Shown: piece after piece, positions 45,640 through 56,420 of the stretch | Layout: each line of letters starts with the position of its first letter | Position numbering within the stretch: position 1 is the stretch's first letter | Notes under the pieces: model-generated | Told to the model about the DNA's origin: nothing | The model's database searches: none | What the model saw: the letters and a program-made list of their open reading frames with translations, nothing else | Made by a program: the position numbers and the translations under genes | NCBI GenBank assembly: GCA_965223415.1 | Contig: OZ245002.1 | Span: forward strand, 672,001 to 736,000 | Source of the DNA: Myxococcota bacterium | GTDB lineage: Bacteria; Myxococcota_A; UBA9160; UBA6930 | Direction of reading: 5' to 3' | Length of the DNA: 64,000 nucleotides

Positions 45640-47012
45640 CCCAGCTCCGCGCCGTCGGGAATGCGAAGGGCCTCCCCCTCCGGCGCCTCCACCCGCGCCG
45701 CGCCCCGCACCACCACGCCGGCGCCGAAGGTCACGTCGCCGCGCACGACCAGCTCGCGACAGGCGCGCAGCGACGGCGCGCCCCCGGGAAAGCGCGCGTC
45801 GAGCTGGTCGACGCGCTTGAAGAAGGCCGGGTCGAGATCGATCAGCGCATCCTCGGGGCGGGCCCCGGGCGCGGGGACGATGCGGAAGTCGGGCGCCAGC
45901 TCGTAGGCGTCCGAACGCACGGCGAGGAGATCGTTCGTGGTCTTCACCGGAGCGAAGCGATGGGCCGGGACCCGCACGGCCTGGGCGCCCTCGAAGACCG
46001 ACAAGGCCGCCCCCATCGCCGTCTCGAGCTGGATCACCCGGGGCGAATCGGAGTCAGTGGGGTCGACGGGCTTCTCGTTCCGGATCATCGGCAGGCCGAG
46101 CACGCCGTCCCGGGCACGTAGGGCGTCGCGCAGGGCCGGCAGGTCGAGCCACAGGTTGTTCGTGTTGAAGAACCGGTAGAGGCCGATGTCCTCGAACTCG
46201 CCGAGCTCGTCCTCCGGACACTGGGCGATCTCGCGCAGCACGAGGCCGCCGGCCTTCTGTCGGGCCAGGTGGCCGCCCTTCCGATCCGCCACCGTCCGCT
46301 CCTTCACCTCCATGGCGAACGGCGCCCCGGACTCGGCGAACCAGCCCAACAGCTCGAGGTCGAGCACGGCGCCCAGGTTGTCAGCGTTCGAAACGAAGGC
46401 CGTGCGCATCCCCGCCTCGACCAGGGCGTCGAGGATGCCGGAGGTGAGCAGTGCCGTGTAGAGATCGCCGTGGCCGGGCGGACACCACTCGTGGCTCGGA
46501 TCCGCCGGCCACAGGGCCGGCGTGCGGTCGTCGGCGCGGATGCGGGGCACCTTGTGCTGGAGAAAGTCGGCGGGCAGGTCGCCCGCGAGACCCGGATGGC
46601 GGGCGAGCACGGCGAGCGAATCGTCGCGGGTGCGGAAGCTATTCATCAGGAGAAGCGGCACCGCGCAGGCGTGCTGCTCGCGCAGCCAGAGCACCTGCCG
46701 TGCGATCACGTCCAGGAAGGTGAGCTCTTCCTTCACCGGCAGCAGCGACTTGGCCCGGGTCATGCCCATCGACGTGCCGAGGCCGCCGTTCAACTTGAGC
46801 ACCACGGTGTGGGCCAGCGCGGTCTCCCCGGCGGCCCGGGTGTCGAGCTCCTCGGCGGCGGGAACGTCGTCGACCGGCTCGATCTCGGCGCGGGCGAGTG
46901 TGCCGCTGGCCCCGGCTTCGAGCTGCTCGAAGTAGTGGCGGAAGGTGCGGATCGCCAGCTCCGGCAGGCCTTCCGCCCGCATCTTCTGCGCGAAGGGCTC
47001 GAAGGCGGCCAT
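45618..47012 (-). CDS. UTP--glucose-1-phosphate uridylyltransferase (UDPGP, eukaryote-type family)
   Basis: KLNGGLGTSMG..KS, LMNSF, WCPPGHGD, SNADNLGA, KGG, FNTNNLW, QLETAMG, RFAPVKTTNDLL. Confidence 0.92.
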   Translation of the reverse strand: MAAFEPFAQKMRAEGLPELAIRTFRHYFEQLEAGASGTLARAEIEPVDDVPAAEELDTRAAGETALAHTVVLKLNGGLGTSMGMTRAKSLLPVKEELTFLDVIARQVLWLREQHACAVPLLLMNSFRTRDDSLAVLARHPGLAGDLPADFLQHKVPRIRADDRTPALWPADPSHEWCPPGHGDLYTALLTSGILDALVEAGMRTAFVSNADNLGAVLDLELLGWFAESGAPFAMEVKERTVADRKGGHLARQKAGGLVLREIAQCPEDELGEFEDIGLYRFFNTNNLWLDLPALRDALRARDGVLGLPMIRNEKPVDPTDSDSPRVIQLETAMGAALSVFEGAQAVRVPAHRFAPVKTTNDLLAVRSDAYELAPDFRIVPAPGARPEDALIDLDPAFFKRVDQLDARFPGGAPSLRACRELVVRGDVTFGAGVVVRGAARVEAPEGEALRIPDGAELGETKGRS

Positions 47013-48325
47013 CAACCGTCCAGCGCGCCACGGAAGAAGCTGGTGAGGACATCGATCATCGGGGCGACGTCCGCCCGTCCCGCCATCTCGCGGCAGGAGT
47101 GCATCGAGAGCATGGGGTTGCCCACGTCGACGGTGCGGATCCCCACCCGAGCCGCCGAGATGGGCCCGATGGTGGAGCCGCAGCGCAGGTCGTTGCGGGT
47201 GACGAAGTGCTGGGGCTCGACGCCGGCCTGGCGACACAGGCTGGTGAAGAGCCCGACGGTGGCGGCGTCGCTGGCGTAGGACTGTCCCGCGTTCACCTTC
47301 ACGACGGGCCCTCCGCCCAGCACCGGCCGGTGCCCGGGCTCGTGACGGTCGGCGTAGTTCGGGTTTACCGCGTGGGCCATGTCCGCCGAGATCAGGGTCG
47401 AGCGCGCCGCCGCCCGGGCCAGCCCCTGGGCCTCGGGCTTCTCGAAGCCGCTGGTGATGCGCTCGAGGGCGTCGGAGAGGAAGGTCCCGCCGGCCCCCTG
47501 CGCACTGCGGCTGCCCACCTCCTCGTGGTCGTAGAGAACGACCATCCGCGTGGCGGCGGGAAGCGGCGCAGCACCGGCCCCGAGCAGCGCGGTGAGGCCG
47601 GCGTGGCAGGACGCCAGGTTGTCGAGGCGCGGCGCCACCACGAACTCGCCACCACTCCCGACGAAGGCGGACGGCTGGCAATCGGCGGTCATCAGATCCC
47701 AGCCGCGCAGGTCTTCCGGCGCCACGTCCCCCTCGCCCTGCCGGGCGAGCTCCCGGACGACGAGCTCCGCCAGCTCCGGCGCGCCTTCGAGCCCCACCAC
47801 CGGCACGGTGTGCTTCTGCTCGTCGACCTTGAAGCCGTCCCGCCGCAGCTCCCGATAGAGATGGATGGCCAGGTTCGGAATGCGGAGGAGGGGGCGATCG
47901 AAGTCCACGAGGGCCGAGTGGAGGCGCCCCTCCCGCTCGAAGCTCACCCGGCCCGCCAGGGAGAGGTCCCGGTCGAGCCAGGTATGAAGCAGCACGCCGC
48001 CGTAGGGCTCCACGGCGAGCTGCCGGTAGCCCTCCCGGCTCACGTCGGGAAGCGGCTTGATGCGAAGGTTCGGGGAGTCGGTATGGGCCCCCACGATCCG
48101 AAAGCCGCCCTCGGCCGGCGAGACCTCACCGATCTGGAAGGCCAGGAGCGAGCCGTCTCCGCGCACCACCGTGCGCGCGTCGCCCGGGCCCAGGCGCCAG
48201 GCCTCGGCCTCGTCGAGGGGCTCGAAGCCCACCGCCTCGAGCCGGCGGAGGCTCTCGGCGACGGCGTGGTAGGGCGTGGGGGAACGGTCGATGAAGGCCA
48301 GCAGATCGGCCGCGGCATCGGTCAT
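47012..48325 (-). CDS. M18 family aminopeptidase
   Basis: SPTPYHAV, GAHTDSP, RLDNL, DHEEVGS, SADMAH, CGSTIGP, LSMHSCRE. Confidence 0.92.
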   Translation of the reverse strand: MTDAAADLLAFIDRSPTPYHAVAESLRRLEAVGFEPLDEAEAWRLGPGDARTVVRGDGSLLAFQIGEVSPAEGGFRIVGAHTDSPNLRIKPLPDVSREGYRQLAVEPYGGVLLHTWLDRDLSLAGRVSFEREGRLHSALVDFDRPLLRIPNLAIHLYRELRRDGFKVDEQKHTVPVVGLEGAPELAELVVRELARQGEGDVAPEDLRGWDLMTADCQPSAFVGSGGEFVVAPRLDNLASCHAGLTALLGAGAAPLPAATRMVVLYDHEEVGSRSAQGAGGTFLSDALERITSGFEKPEAQGLARAAARSTLISADMAHAVNPNYADRHEPGHRPVLGGGPVVKVNAGQSYASDAATVGLFTSLCRQAGVEPQHFVTRNDLRCGSTIGPISAARVGIRTVDVGNPMLSMHSCREMAGRADVAPMIDVLTSFFRGALDG

Positions 48326-48459
48326 GGCCCGCAGGATACGCCCCCGGGGCGCTTCGGCACGCCCGGGACGTGACCGGAGGTCGGCGGCGAGGGCGACAGA
48401 ATGTGAGCGGCGTCACCCCTGCACTCCAGCACCTCTCCTAGGCTGGCGATTCCTCCACC

Positions 48460-50088
<1,629 letters not shown>

Positions 50089-50280
50089 CACCACCCGGCC
50101 TGCACCGGTTCGTCACGATCTCGCCTCGGGACGGCCCGGACGGCGACCGCCCCCCGCCACCCCGGCAGCCGAAGCTCCGGGAACTCCCGGTGCCTGGGCC
50201 GTTTCCAGACCGGGGAGCGCTCCCCACTGCGGCGGTCAAGCCGGAGGCGGCGGACGCCGAACCGAGATCCGGAGGTCCCC

Positions 50281-50976
50281 ATGGCGCGCATCCTGGTCGT
50301 CGACGACGACGAGCACATCCGCGACATCGTCCGCTTCGCCCTCGAGAGCGTCGGCCACCAGGTCACCGAGGCGGCGGACGGGCGCGAGGCGCTGGAGCGC
50401 TTCTCGGCGGCGCCGGCGGAGCTGGTCGTCCTCGACGTGCTGATGCCCGAGCAGGACGGCCTCGAGGTGTGCCGGCAGCTCCGCGAGCGCAGCGAAGCGC
50501 CGATCCTGTTCCTCTCGAGCCGGGACGACGAGGTCGACCGGATCGTGGGGCTGGAGGTGGGAGGCGACGACTACGTCACCAAGCCCTTCAGCCCGCGGGA
50601 GCTGGTGGCGCGGGTGAAGGCCATGCTCCGGCGCACCCGCCCGCCGGTGCCCACTTCGGGGGACGCGGAACAGCTCGCCCACGGCCCCCTGGAGCTCGAC
50701 GTGGGCCGCCACGAGTGCCGCTTCGACGGGCGGGAGGTGGAGCTGACCGCCACCGAGTTCCTGGTGCTCCGTAGCCTGCTCGCGGCGCCGGAGCGGGTCT
50801 ACTCGCGCGCCGAGCTGGTCGAGCGGGCCTACGGCTACGGTCACCACATCACCGAGCGCACGGTGGACTCCCACGTGCGGCGGATCCGGGCGAAGTTCCG
50901 GCCCCTCGGCGCCGATCCCATCGAGACCGTGTACGGCGTCGGCTACCGCTGCCTGCGCCTCGAGGGGAGCGGGTGA
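50281..50976 (+). CDS. OmpR-family response regulator (CreB-like)
   Basis: VVDDD, LDVLMP, DYVTKPFSPREL, wHTH ERTVDSHVRRIR. Confidence 0.93.
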   Translation: MARILVVDDDEHIRDIVRFALESVGHQVTEAADGREALERFSAAPAELVVLDVLMPEQDGLEVCRQLRERSEAPILFLSSRDDEVDRIVGLEVGGDDYVTKPFSPRELVARVKAMLRRTRPPVPTSGDAEQLAHGPLELDVGRHECRFDGREVELTATEFLVLRSLLAAPERVYSRAELVERAYGYGHHITERTVDSHVRRIRAKFRPLGADPIETVYGVGYRCLRLEGSG

Positions 50977-52535
50977 AGGGCCGCGGGCCGACGTTCCGCC
51001 AGCTGCTGCTGGCCGTGAACGTGCTAGCCGCGGCCGTCCCGATCCTGGCGATCGTCGGGCTCAAGCTGATCGACAGCTACCTGATCCGTCAGACCGAGCG
51101 ACGGCTGATCGCGGAGTCGGTGCTGATCGGCGAGACCTGGCGCGCCTTCCGGGCCGACGAGGCCGACGACAGAGACGGCGAAATGCCGGAGGTGCGGCCG
51201 CTGGCCCGACGCGGCGATCGTTATGCGCCCATCGATCCCCAGCTCGACCTGCGGCACGGGGTGCTGCCGCCGCCGCCGGAGCCGGCCCGCGAGCGGCCCC
51301 GGACGGATCCGGCACTCCGCCGCGCCGGAGAGCGGCTCGGCGCCGTGCTGCGGCGGGCGCAGGTGTTCAATCTCTCCGGCGTGCGCGTGCTCGATGCCGA
51401 GGGCTGCGTCGTCGCGAGCACCCGGGGCGAGATCGGCGCCTGCTTCGACCACCTGCCGGAAGTGCAGCGCGCCCTCGGCGGGAGCTACAGCGCCGCCGCC
51501 CGTCAACGGATCAGCGACGAGCCGGCGCCCTCCCTCGACAGCCCGGCCCGCCGGCGCGGACAGGTCCGCGTCTTCACCCACACCCCGGTGCTCGCCGACG
51601 GGGAGGTCATCGGCGTGGTGCGGATGTCGCGCACGGCCATGTCACCGGAGAAGCTGCTGTGGGACGACCGCAACCGCATCCTGCAGGTGCTGCTCGCCTG
51701 CCTGTTGGTGATTCCGGCGGTGAGCCTGCTGCTCTCCTACGCCCTCTCGCGGCCCCTCGCCGCGATCACGCGCCGCGCCGAGGCGATCGCCCGGGGCGAG
51801 CCGGGCGAGCCGGTCGACCCGGGCCTGCTGGCGCCGCGGGAGGTCCACAGCCTGACCGGTGCCCTCGAGCGGATGACGCGCCAGCTCACCGAGCGCGCTG
51901 AGTACGTGCGCGAGTTCGCGAACCACGTGAGCCACGAGCTCAAGACGCCGATTGCGGGCATCGGGGGCGCGGCCGAGCTGCTTCGCGACCGCTGGGAGGA
52001 GATGGACAAGGCTCGCCGGGAGCGCTTCCTGGCCAACATCTCCGACGACGCCGGGCGGATGGAGGCGCGGGTGAACGGCCTGCTGCAGCTGGCCCGGGTG
52101 GAGAACGCCGGCGCCCTGCCGGAGGAGAGCGTCGCCCTCGAGCCGCTGCTGCGCGAGCTCACGGCCCGCTTCGACGGGGAGATCCGCCTCGACGTGCGCA
52201 CGGCCCCGGCCGCCGTCCGCATCCCGCGCCTGCACCTGGAGAGCGCCCTGGGCAACCTGCTCGAGAACGCCGTGCGCCACGGCGGCGGCGCTCCCATCGA
52301 CCTGGAGGCGACGAGCCGCCCCGCCGGCGGGGTGACGTTCCGGGTCCGCGATTGCGGCCCCGGCATCCGCCCCGCCAACCAGCCCCGCCTCTTCGACCCG
52401 TTCTTCACCACCGAGCGCGAACGCGGCGGCACCGGCCTGGGCCTCGCCATCGTGAAGGCCATCGCCAACGCCCACGGTGGCCAGGTCCGGGTCGAGACCG
52501 GCCCCGAAGGCACCACCTTCCAGCTCTCGCTCTAG
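50973..52535 (+). CDS. Sensor histidine kinase (CreC-like)
   Basis: Two TM, HAMP, SHELKTP, NLLENA, DCGPGI, FFTT, GTGLGL. Confidence 0.93.
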   Translation: MKGRGPTFRQLLLAVNVLAAAVPILAIVGLKLIDSYLIRQTERRLIAESVLIGETWRAFRADEADDRDGEMPEVRPLARRGDRYAPIDPQLDLRHGVLPPPPEPARERPRTDPALRRAGERLGAVLRRAQVFNLSGVRVLDAEGCVVASTRGEIGACFDHLPEVQRALGGSYSAAARQRISDEPAPSLDSPARRRGQVRVFTHTPVLADGEVIGVVRMSRTAMSPEKLLWDDRNRILQVLLACLLVIPAVSLLLSYALSRPLAAITRRAEAIARGEPGEPVDPGLLAPREVHSLTGALERMTRQLTERAEYVREFANHVSHELKTPIAGIGGAAELLRDRWEEMDKARRERFLANISDDAGRMEARVNGLLQLARVENAGALPEESVALEPLLRELTARFDGEIRLDVRTAPAAVRIPRLHLESALGNLLENAVRHGGGAPIDLEATSRPAGGVTFRVRDCGPGIRPANQPRLFDPFFTTERERGGTGLGLAIVKAIANAHGGQVRVETGPEGTTFQLSL

Positions 52536-52538
52536 GAA

Positions 52539-52633
52539 AAACGCAAGAGCGGGGACGTTCCTTGCAAGTTGCACTTTCCGCAGGGCGCCCCCCAAGAACG
52601 CAAGATGCAAGGAACGTCCCCGCTCTTGCGTTT
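52539..52633. repeat. 95-bp palindromic element, divergent member of the same family
   Basis: Perfect 28-bp arms AAACGCAAGAGCGGGGACGTTCCTTGCA (52539-52566) and its reverse complement (52606-52633); shares the GGGGACGTTCCT core. Confidence 0.85.
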
Positions 52634-52638
52634 CTGGG

Positions 52639-53508
52639 TCAGGTGGCGGACTCGATGCTGGCGTAGGCGGTCTGGAACTCGTCGACGGCGGCGGCGATGA
52701 CCTGGGCCAGGGCGTCGGTATCGAGGCCCACGGCGGCCATCGACTCGGGCGTGACGCGGTGGAGGCCGGCGTCGGCGGAGGGGGCGCCGCCGGTCAGGGC
52801 CGCGAGGCCGTCGGCGACGTGGACGATGCGCACCAGGTTCCCGAACTCGGACTTGGCGCTTTCGGGCGCGTGATGGTGCTCGATCGCCGCCGTGAGCGCG
52901 GGGCTCAGGCTGAACTGCTCGGCGACCCGCACACCGGCCTGGCAGTGGTCGATGCCCAGCATCTCGCGCTCGGCGGCGAGCCAGTCGCTGGTGCTGCCGT
53001 CGGCCACCCGCGCCATCAGCGTCGCCACCCGGCCCTCGAGGTGAGGCGCCAGGACCGCCTTGCCCAGGTCGCGCAGCAGGGCGGCGGTGTACGCCAGGGA
53101 GAGGGAGACACCGAGTGCCGCGGCTCCCTGAGCGATCATGCGCGCCGCGATCGCCGCCTGCAGCCCGCTGGCCCACAGCCCGGTCGGTCCGGTGAGATAG
53201 CCGTCCAGGCTCGACTTCATCCAGCCCTCGGTCCCTTGGAGCAGGGCTGCGGAGACGACCGTGCGCTCGCCCAGGTAGGAGACTGCGTGGTCGAGCTGCT
53301 CGATCGCGCTGGGCGGAGAGAGCGCCGACGAGTTGGCCACCCGCAGCACCCGTGCCGTCAGCGGACCGTCCTTCTCGACCACCGCGACCACGTCGGGCAT
53401 CCCGTGGTCCGGATCCTCCAACAGGTCGAGCAGCTTCTGGGCCGACTCGGAGAGGGGAGCCAGCTCCCGGACCCGTTGCTGCAGCTCGCGTTCGCTGATG
53501 GCCGCCAC
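52639..53508 (-). CDS. HDOD domain protein
   Basis: DGPLTARVLRVANS, ALLRDLGK, ERE.LGIDH, AIEHHH; GGGGAGG RBS. Confidence 0.88.
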   Translation of the reverse strand: MAAISERELQQRVRELAPLSESAQKLLDLLEDPDHGMPDVVAVVEKDGPLTARVLRVANSSALSPPSAIEQLDHAVSYLGERTVVSAALLQGTEGWMKSSLDGYLTGPTGLWASGLQAAIAARMIAQGAAALGVSLSLAYTAALLRDLGKAVLAPHLEGRVATLMARVADGSTSDWLAAEREMLGIDHCQAGVRVAEQFSLSPALTAAIEHHHAPESAKSEFGNLVRIVHVADGLAALTGGAPSADAGLHRVTPESMAAVGLDTDALAQVIAAAVDEFQTAYASIESAT

Positions 53509-53618
53509 GGGCGCCTCCCCTCCCTGAAACATCGGCGAGCGGGAGAATCCATGGACCGGGCATCCCTGGAGGGGACCCACCCCGCGAAGGCCGGACGCGG
53601 CGCTGGTAGAATGACCCC

Positions 53619-55061
53619 ATGAGGTCGGGCTTCCTGCGGTGGATCCTGCTGGCCCTGCTCCCCGCCTGCGCCGGCGACGCGCCGGCGCAGGGCCCGGAGC
53701 CGGCGGTCCTGCTCCAATGGTCCCGGAACGGAGACGACGCCTTCGCCCTGCGCCTGGGCAGCCGAACGATCGGCGAGCTCCGCCCCACCGCGGACGGCTT
53801 CTCCGTCACGGGGCCGTCGGTCTCCGCGGTGCTGCGACGCGAAGAAGAGCCCCTCACCGCGACCCACCCCTACCCCCGACGCGTGCGCATCGAGGGCCAC
53901 CTGGACGGGGCGCCCGGCTACCGGGATGCCTTCACCCTGCTGGCCCCCCCGGCGCCCCTTCCGGTCGAAGGCTACGGCCTGGAGGTCGGGGACGACGCAC
54001 CGGGCACCAACACGCGGGAGCACGAGGCCCTACGGCGCTGGCTCGCCGCCCAGGGCCTGCCCGCCGATACCGCGCCCTTCCAGGCGCTCCACCAACGCGA
54101 GACGGGCCGCGAGCTCCGGGTCTTCTACGAGATCTCCGGCCGCCGCACCGACGGCGTCTTCGAGCGGATCGGCGCCGACGCCCCGGCGGCCCGGGTGGAC
54201 TCACTCTTCCGCAGCGAGGACGGCCGCCTCAAGATCCACCACCAGCGTCCGGGCGAGAACGGGCGCTTCACCTACCACCGGCAGAGCCTCGAGCTGGCCG
54301 ACGCGATCACGACCGAGGGCGAACCCGACGTGCTCCTCGCCCACCAGTGCGGCTGCTACGGCTACGCCATCGCCGCGGACTTCATGACGCTCGGCGACGT
54401 GCTCTACCAGGTCGAAGCGGACTGGCTCGACGACCGGGTGGGCGCCGAGTTCTTCGTGGGCTTCGAGGCACGCGAGCGCTTCCCGTGGATCGGCCTCGGC
54501 GATCGCCTGCGCATGCGCAACCTCGCCCGGCGCGCCCGGGCCTTCCGCCTGCGGGACGCCGCAGGCGTGCCCTTCGCCGAGGTCACGCTGAGCCTGCCCG
54601 ACGATCCCCCGGCCGGCGGCCTCGGCCCCATCGCCTATCACGTCGAACGCTGGGACGCGGCCGGCGAGCGCCGCACCCTGGCCCGCATCGAGCACCGCGA
54701 CGAGGGCATCCGCCTGGCTCTGCGCGGCTCCGAGGAGCGATTCGAGGCGTCCCTCGACGAGCTCGACCTCCTGCTCGCCGCCATGCCGGTCCAGGTGATG
54801 CGCGGCGACGGCATCCGCGACAGCCACCTTCAGGCCGTCGAACGCCTGGTCGACGCGGTGCGCCTCCTCCAGCGTCCGGGTCCGGAGCGCCTGGCCGACC
54901 TGGTGAGCGACGTGGACGCGGCCGGCGCGGCGCGCAAGGTGCGGGCCCTGCTCGCCCCCGAGGCCGCCCGCTTCCAGGCCGCAGCGGGGGGTTTCCCGCC
55001 GGTGCCGATCCCGGGCCCGGCGTCCCGACAGGTCGGCGCTGGCCGCGGAGGCTCGGGTTGA
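53619..55061 (+). CDS. Hypothetical lipoprotein
   Basis: LLPAC lipobox; 480-aa ORF with coding-like composition; no family recognised. Confidence 0.65.
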   Translation: MRSGFLRWILLALLPACAGDAPAQGPEPAVLLQWSRNGDDAFALRLGSRTIGELRPTADGFSVTGPSVSAVLRREEEPLTATHPYPRRVRIEGHLDGAPGYRDAFTLLAPPAPLPVEGYGLEVGDDAPGTNTREHEALRRWLAAQGLPADTAPFQALHQRETGRELRVFYEISGRRTDGVFERIGADAPAARVDSLFRSEDGRLKIHHQRPGENGRFTYHRQSLELADAITTEGEPDVLLAHQCGCYGYAIAADFMTLGDVLYQVEADWLDDRVGAEFFVGFEARERFPWIGLGDRLRMRNLARRARAFRLRDAAGVPFAEVTLSLPDDPPAGGLGPIAYHVERWDAAGERRTLARIEHRDEGIRLALRGSEERFEASLDELDLLLAAMPVQVMRGDGIRDSHLQAVERLVDAVRLLQRPGPERLADLVSDVDAAGAARKVRALLAPEAARFQAAAGGFPPVPIPGPASRQVGAGRGGSG

Positions 55062-55208
55062 CGGCGCCACGCGTCCGGCGCCCGGCCTTCGCGGCGAGGA
55101 GCTCCGGCTCGGGCCCGTGCCAGCCTGCCTGCAGCTTCCACGCTGCACTCGGCACAGCCAGTCTGCGGCACCAAGGCCCGTCAGGCCCGCGCTGATGCGC
55201 ACGAGGCG

Positions 55209-55224
55209 GGGCACGAACCTTGCT
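55209..55224 (+). promoter_or_regulatory. Sigma-54 (-24/-12) promoter
   Basis: GGGCACG-AACC-TTGCT, 14 bp before ATG 55238. Confidence 0.6.
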
Positions 55225-55237
55225 TAGGCTTCCGCTC

Positions 55238-56392
55238 ATGGAATGGATCACCCCGAAAGCCCTGGTCGGTCTCGCCGGCGTCGTCCTCGTCGCCCTGTCG
55301 AGCCTCACGGGCACGCGAGAGATCGACGACCGGGTGGCCGTGCTGGAAGGCGGGCGGGTCGAGATCGATGTCGAGCTGGAGGGCGGGCTGGGCTCGGAGC
55401 ATGGCTCGCTCCACATCCGTTCCCACGAGGAGGCCGAGGTCCACGTACGCGCCGCCGCGACCGGATGGGGTCGGTGGGCCGTCGACGTCGACCTGGACCG
55501 GCAGCCGGACGGAGCGAAGCTGGTCGGGCGGGTGAACGGCGTGCTGCTCTGGCTGTTCGGGGGCCCGTCCGCGGAGGTGACGGTCTCGGTGCCGCACGGG
55601 GTCGTGATCGACGCCCGGATGACGGGCGGCCCCGTGGTGCTGGAGGACCTCGCCGGACCGGTGACGGCCGAGGTCGACGCCGCCGACGTAGAACTGCGGC
55701 GTGTGCAGGGCCCGGTGCGCCTCGCGCTCCGGGACGGCCGCATCGAGATCGAGGACGTCGAAGGCGACCTCGAGGTCCACAGCCAGAACGGCGACGTGGA
55801 AGTCGACGGCGTTCGGGGGACGCTGGCGGTGCAGGCCGACCACGGCTCGGTAGCCATCGACGCGATCACGGGGTCCGTCGTCGTCGCCACGGGTGGCGGG
55901 CGGCTCCACGGCCACGTCGAGATCGAATCCGTCCGCGGGGACGTCTCGGTCGAGGGCGGCCGCGGGCCCGTAGCCCTGGAGGACATCCGCGGCGACGTCC
56001 GTGTGGTGACGGAGCGGGGCCGCATCGAGGCCGAGGAGGTCGAAGGCTCCGTCGTCGTCCGGAGTGGTCGCGGTGGCATCGAGCTGGAGGAAATCGAGGG
56101 GAGGGTCGACGCGGAGACGGGGAGCGGCCCGATCGACGTGGAGTTCCTCTCGGCGCCGGAGGGCGAGCTGCGAACCGGCCGCGGCGAGATCACCGTCCAG
56201 GTGCCCGAGCAGACCGGTTTCGCCCTCTCGGCCGGAACCGCCCGCGGAGACATCCTCGTCTTCGACCACGACGAGGATACCCGGCGCAGGGGCCGTCGCG
56301 GACGTAGCGCGGAGCTCGTGCGCGTGATCCGCGGGGGAGGACCGACCCTCGAGCTCCGGACCGAGCGCGGGTCGATCCGCATCGGCGACTAG
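55238..56392 (+). CDS. DUF4097-type beta-strand repeat (putative adhesin) protein
   Basis: Repeated G.V.L..V.G.V.V.T..G units; ends ELRTERGSIRI; N-terminal TM. Confidence 0.8.
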   Translation: MEWITPKALVGLAGVVLVALSSLTGTREIDDRVAVLEGGRVEIDVELEGGLGSEHGSLHIRSHEEAEVHVRAAATGWGRWAVDVDLDRQPDGAKLVGRVNGVLLWLFGGPSAEVTVSVPHGVVIDARMTGGPVVLEDLAGPVTAEVDAADVELRRVQGPVRLALRDGRIEIEDVEGDLEVHSQNGDVEVDGVRGTLAVQADHGSVAIDAITGSVVVATGGGRLHGHVEIESVRGDVSVEGGRGPVALEDIRGDVRVVTERGRIEAEEVEGSVVVRSGRGGIELEEIEGRVDAETGSGPIDVEFLSAPEGELRTGRGEITVQVPEQTGFALSAGTARGDILVFDHDEDTRRRGRRGRSAELVRVIRGGGPTLELRTERGSIRIGD

Positions 56393-56420
56393 ACCTCCGC
56401 GCCCGCTACCCTCGGCACCC

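Noticed and set aside
50281..52535. Two-component pair as PdsR/PdsS of the sortase system
   Set aside because: It is 7 kb away with unrelated genes between and shows only generic CreB/CreC-like features; orthology cannot be shown by eye
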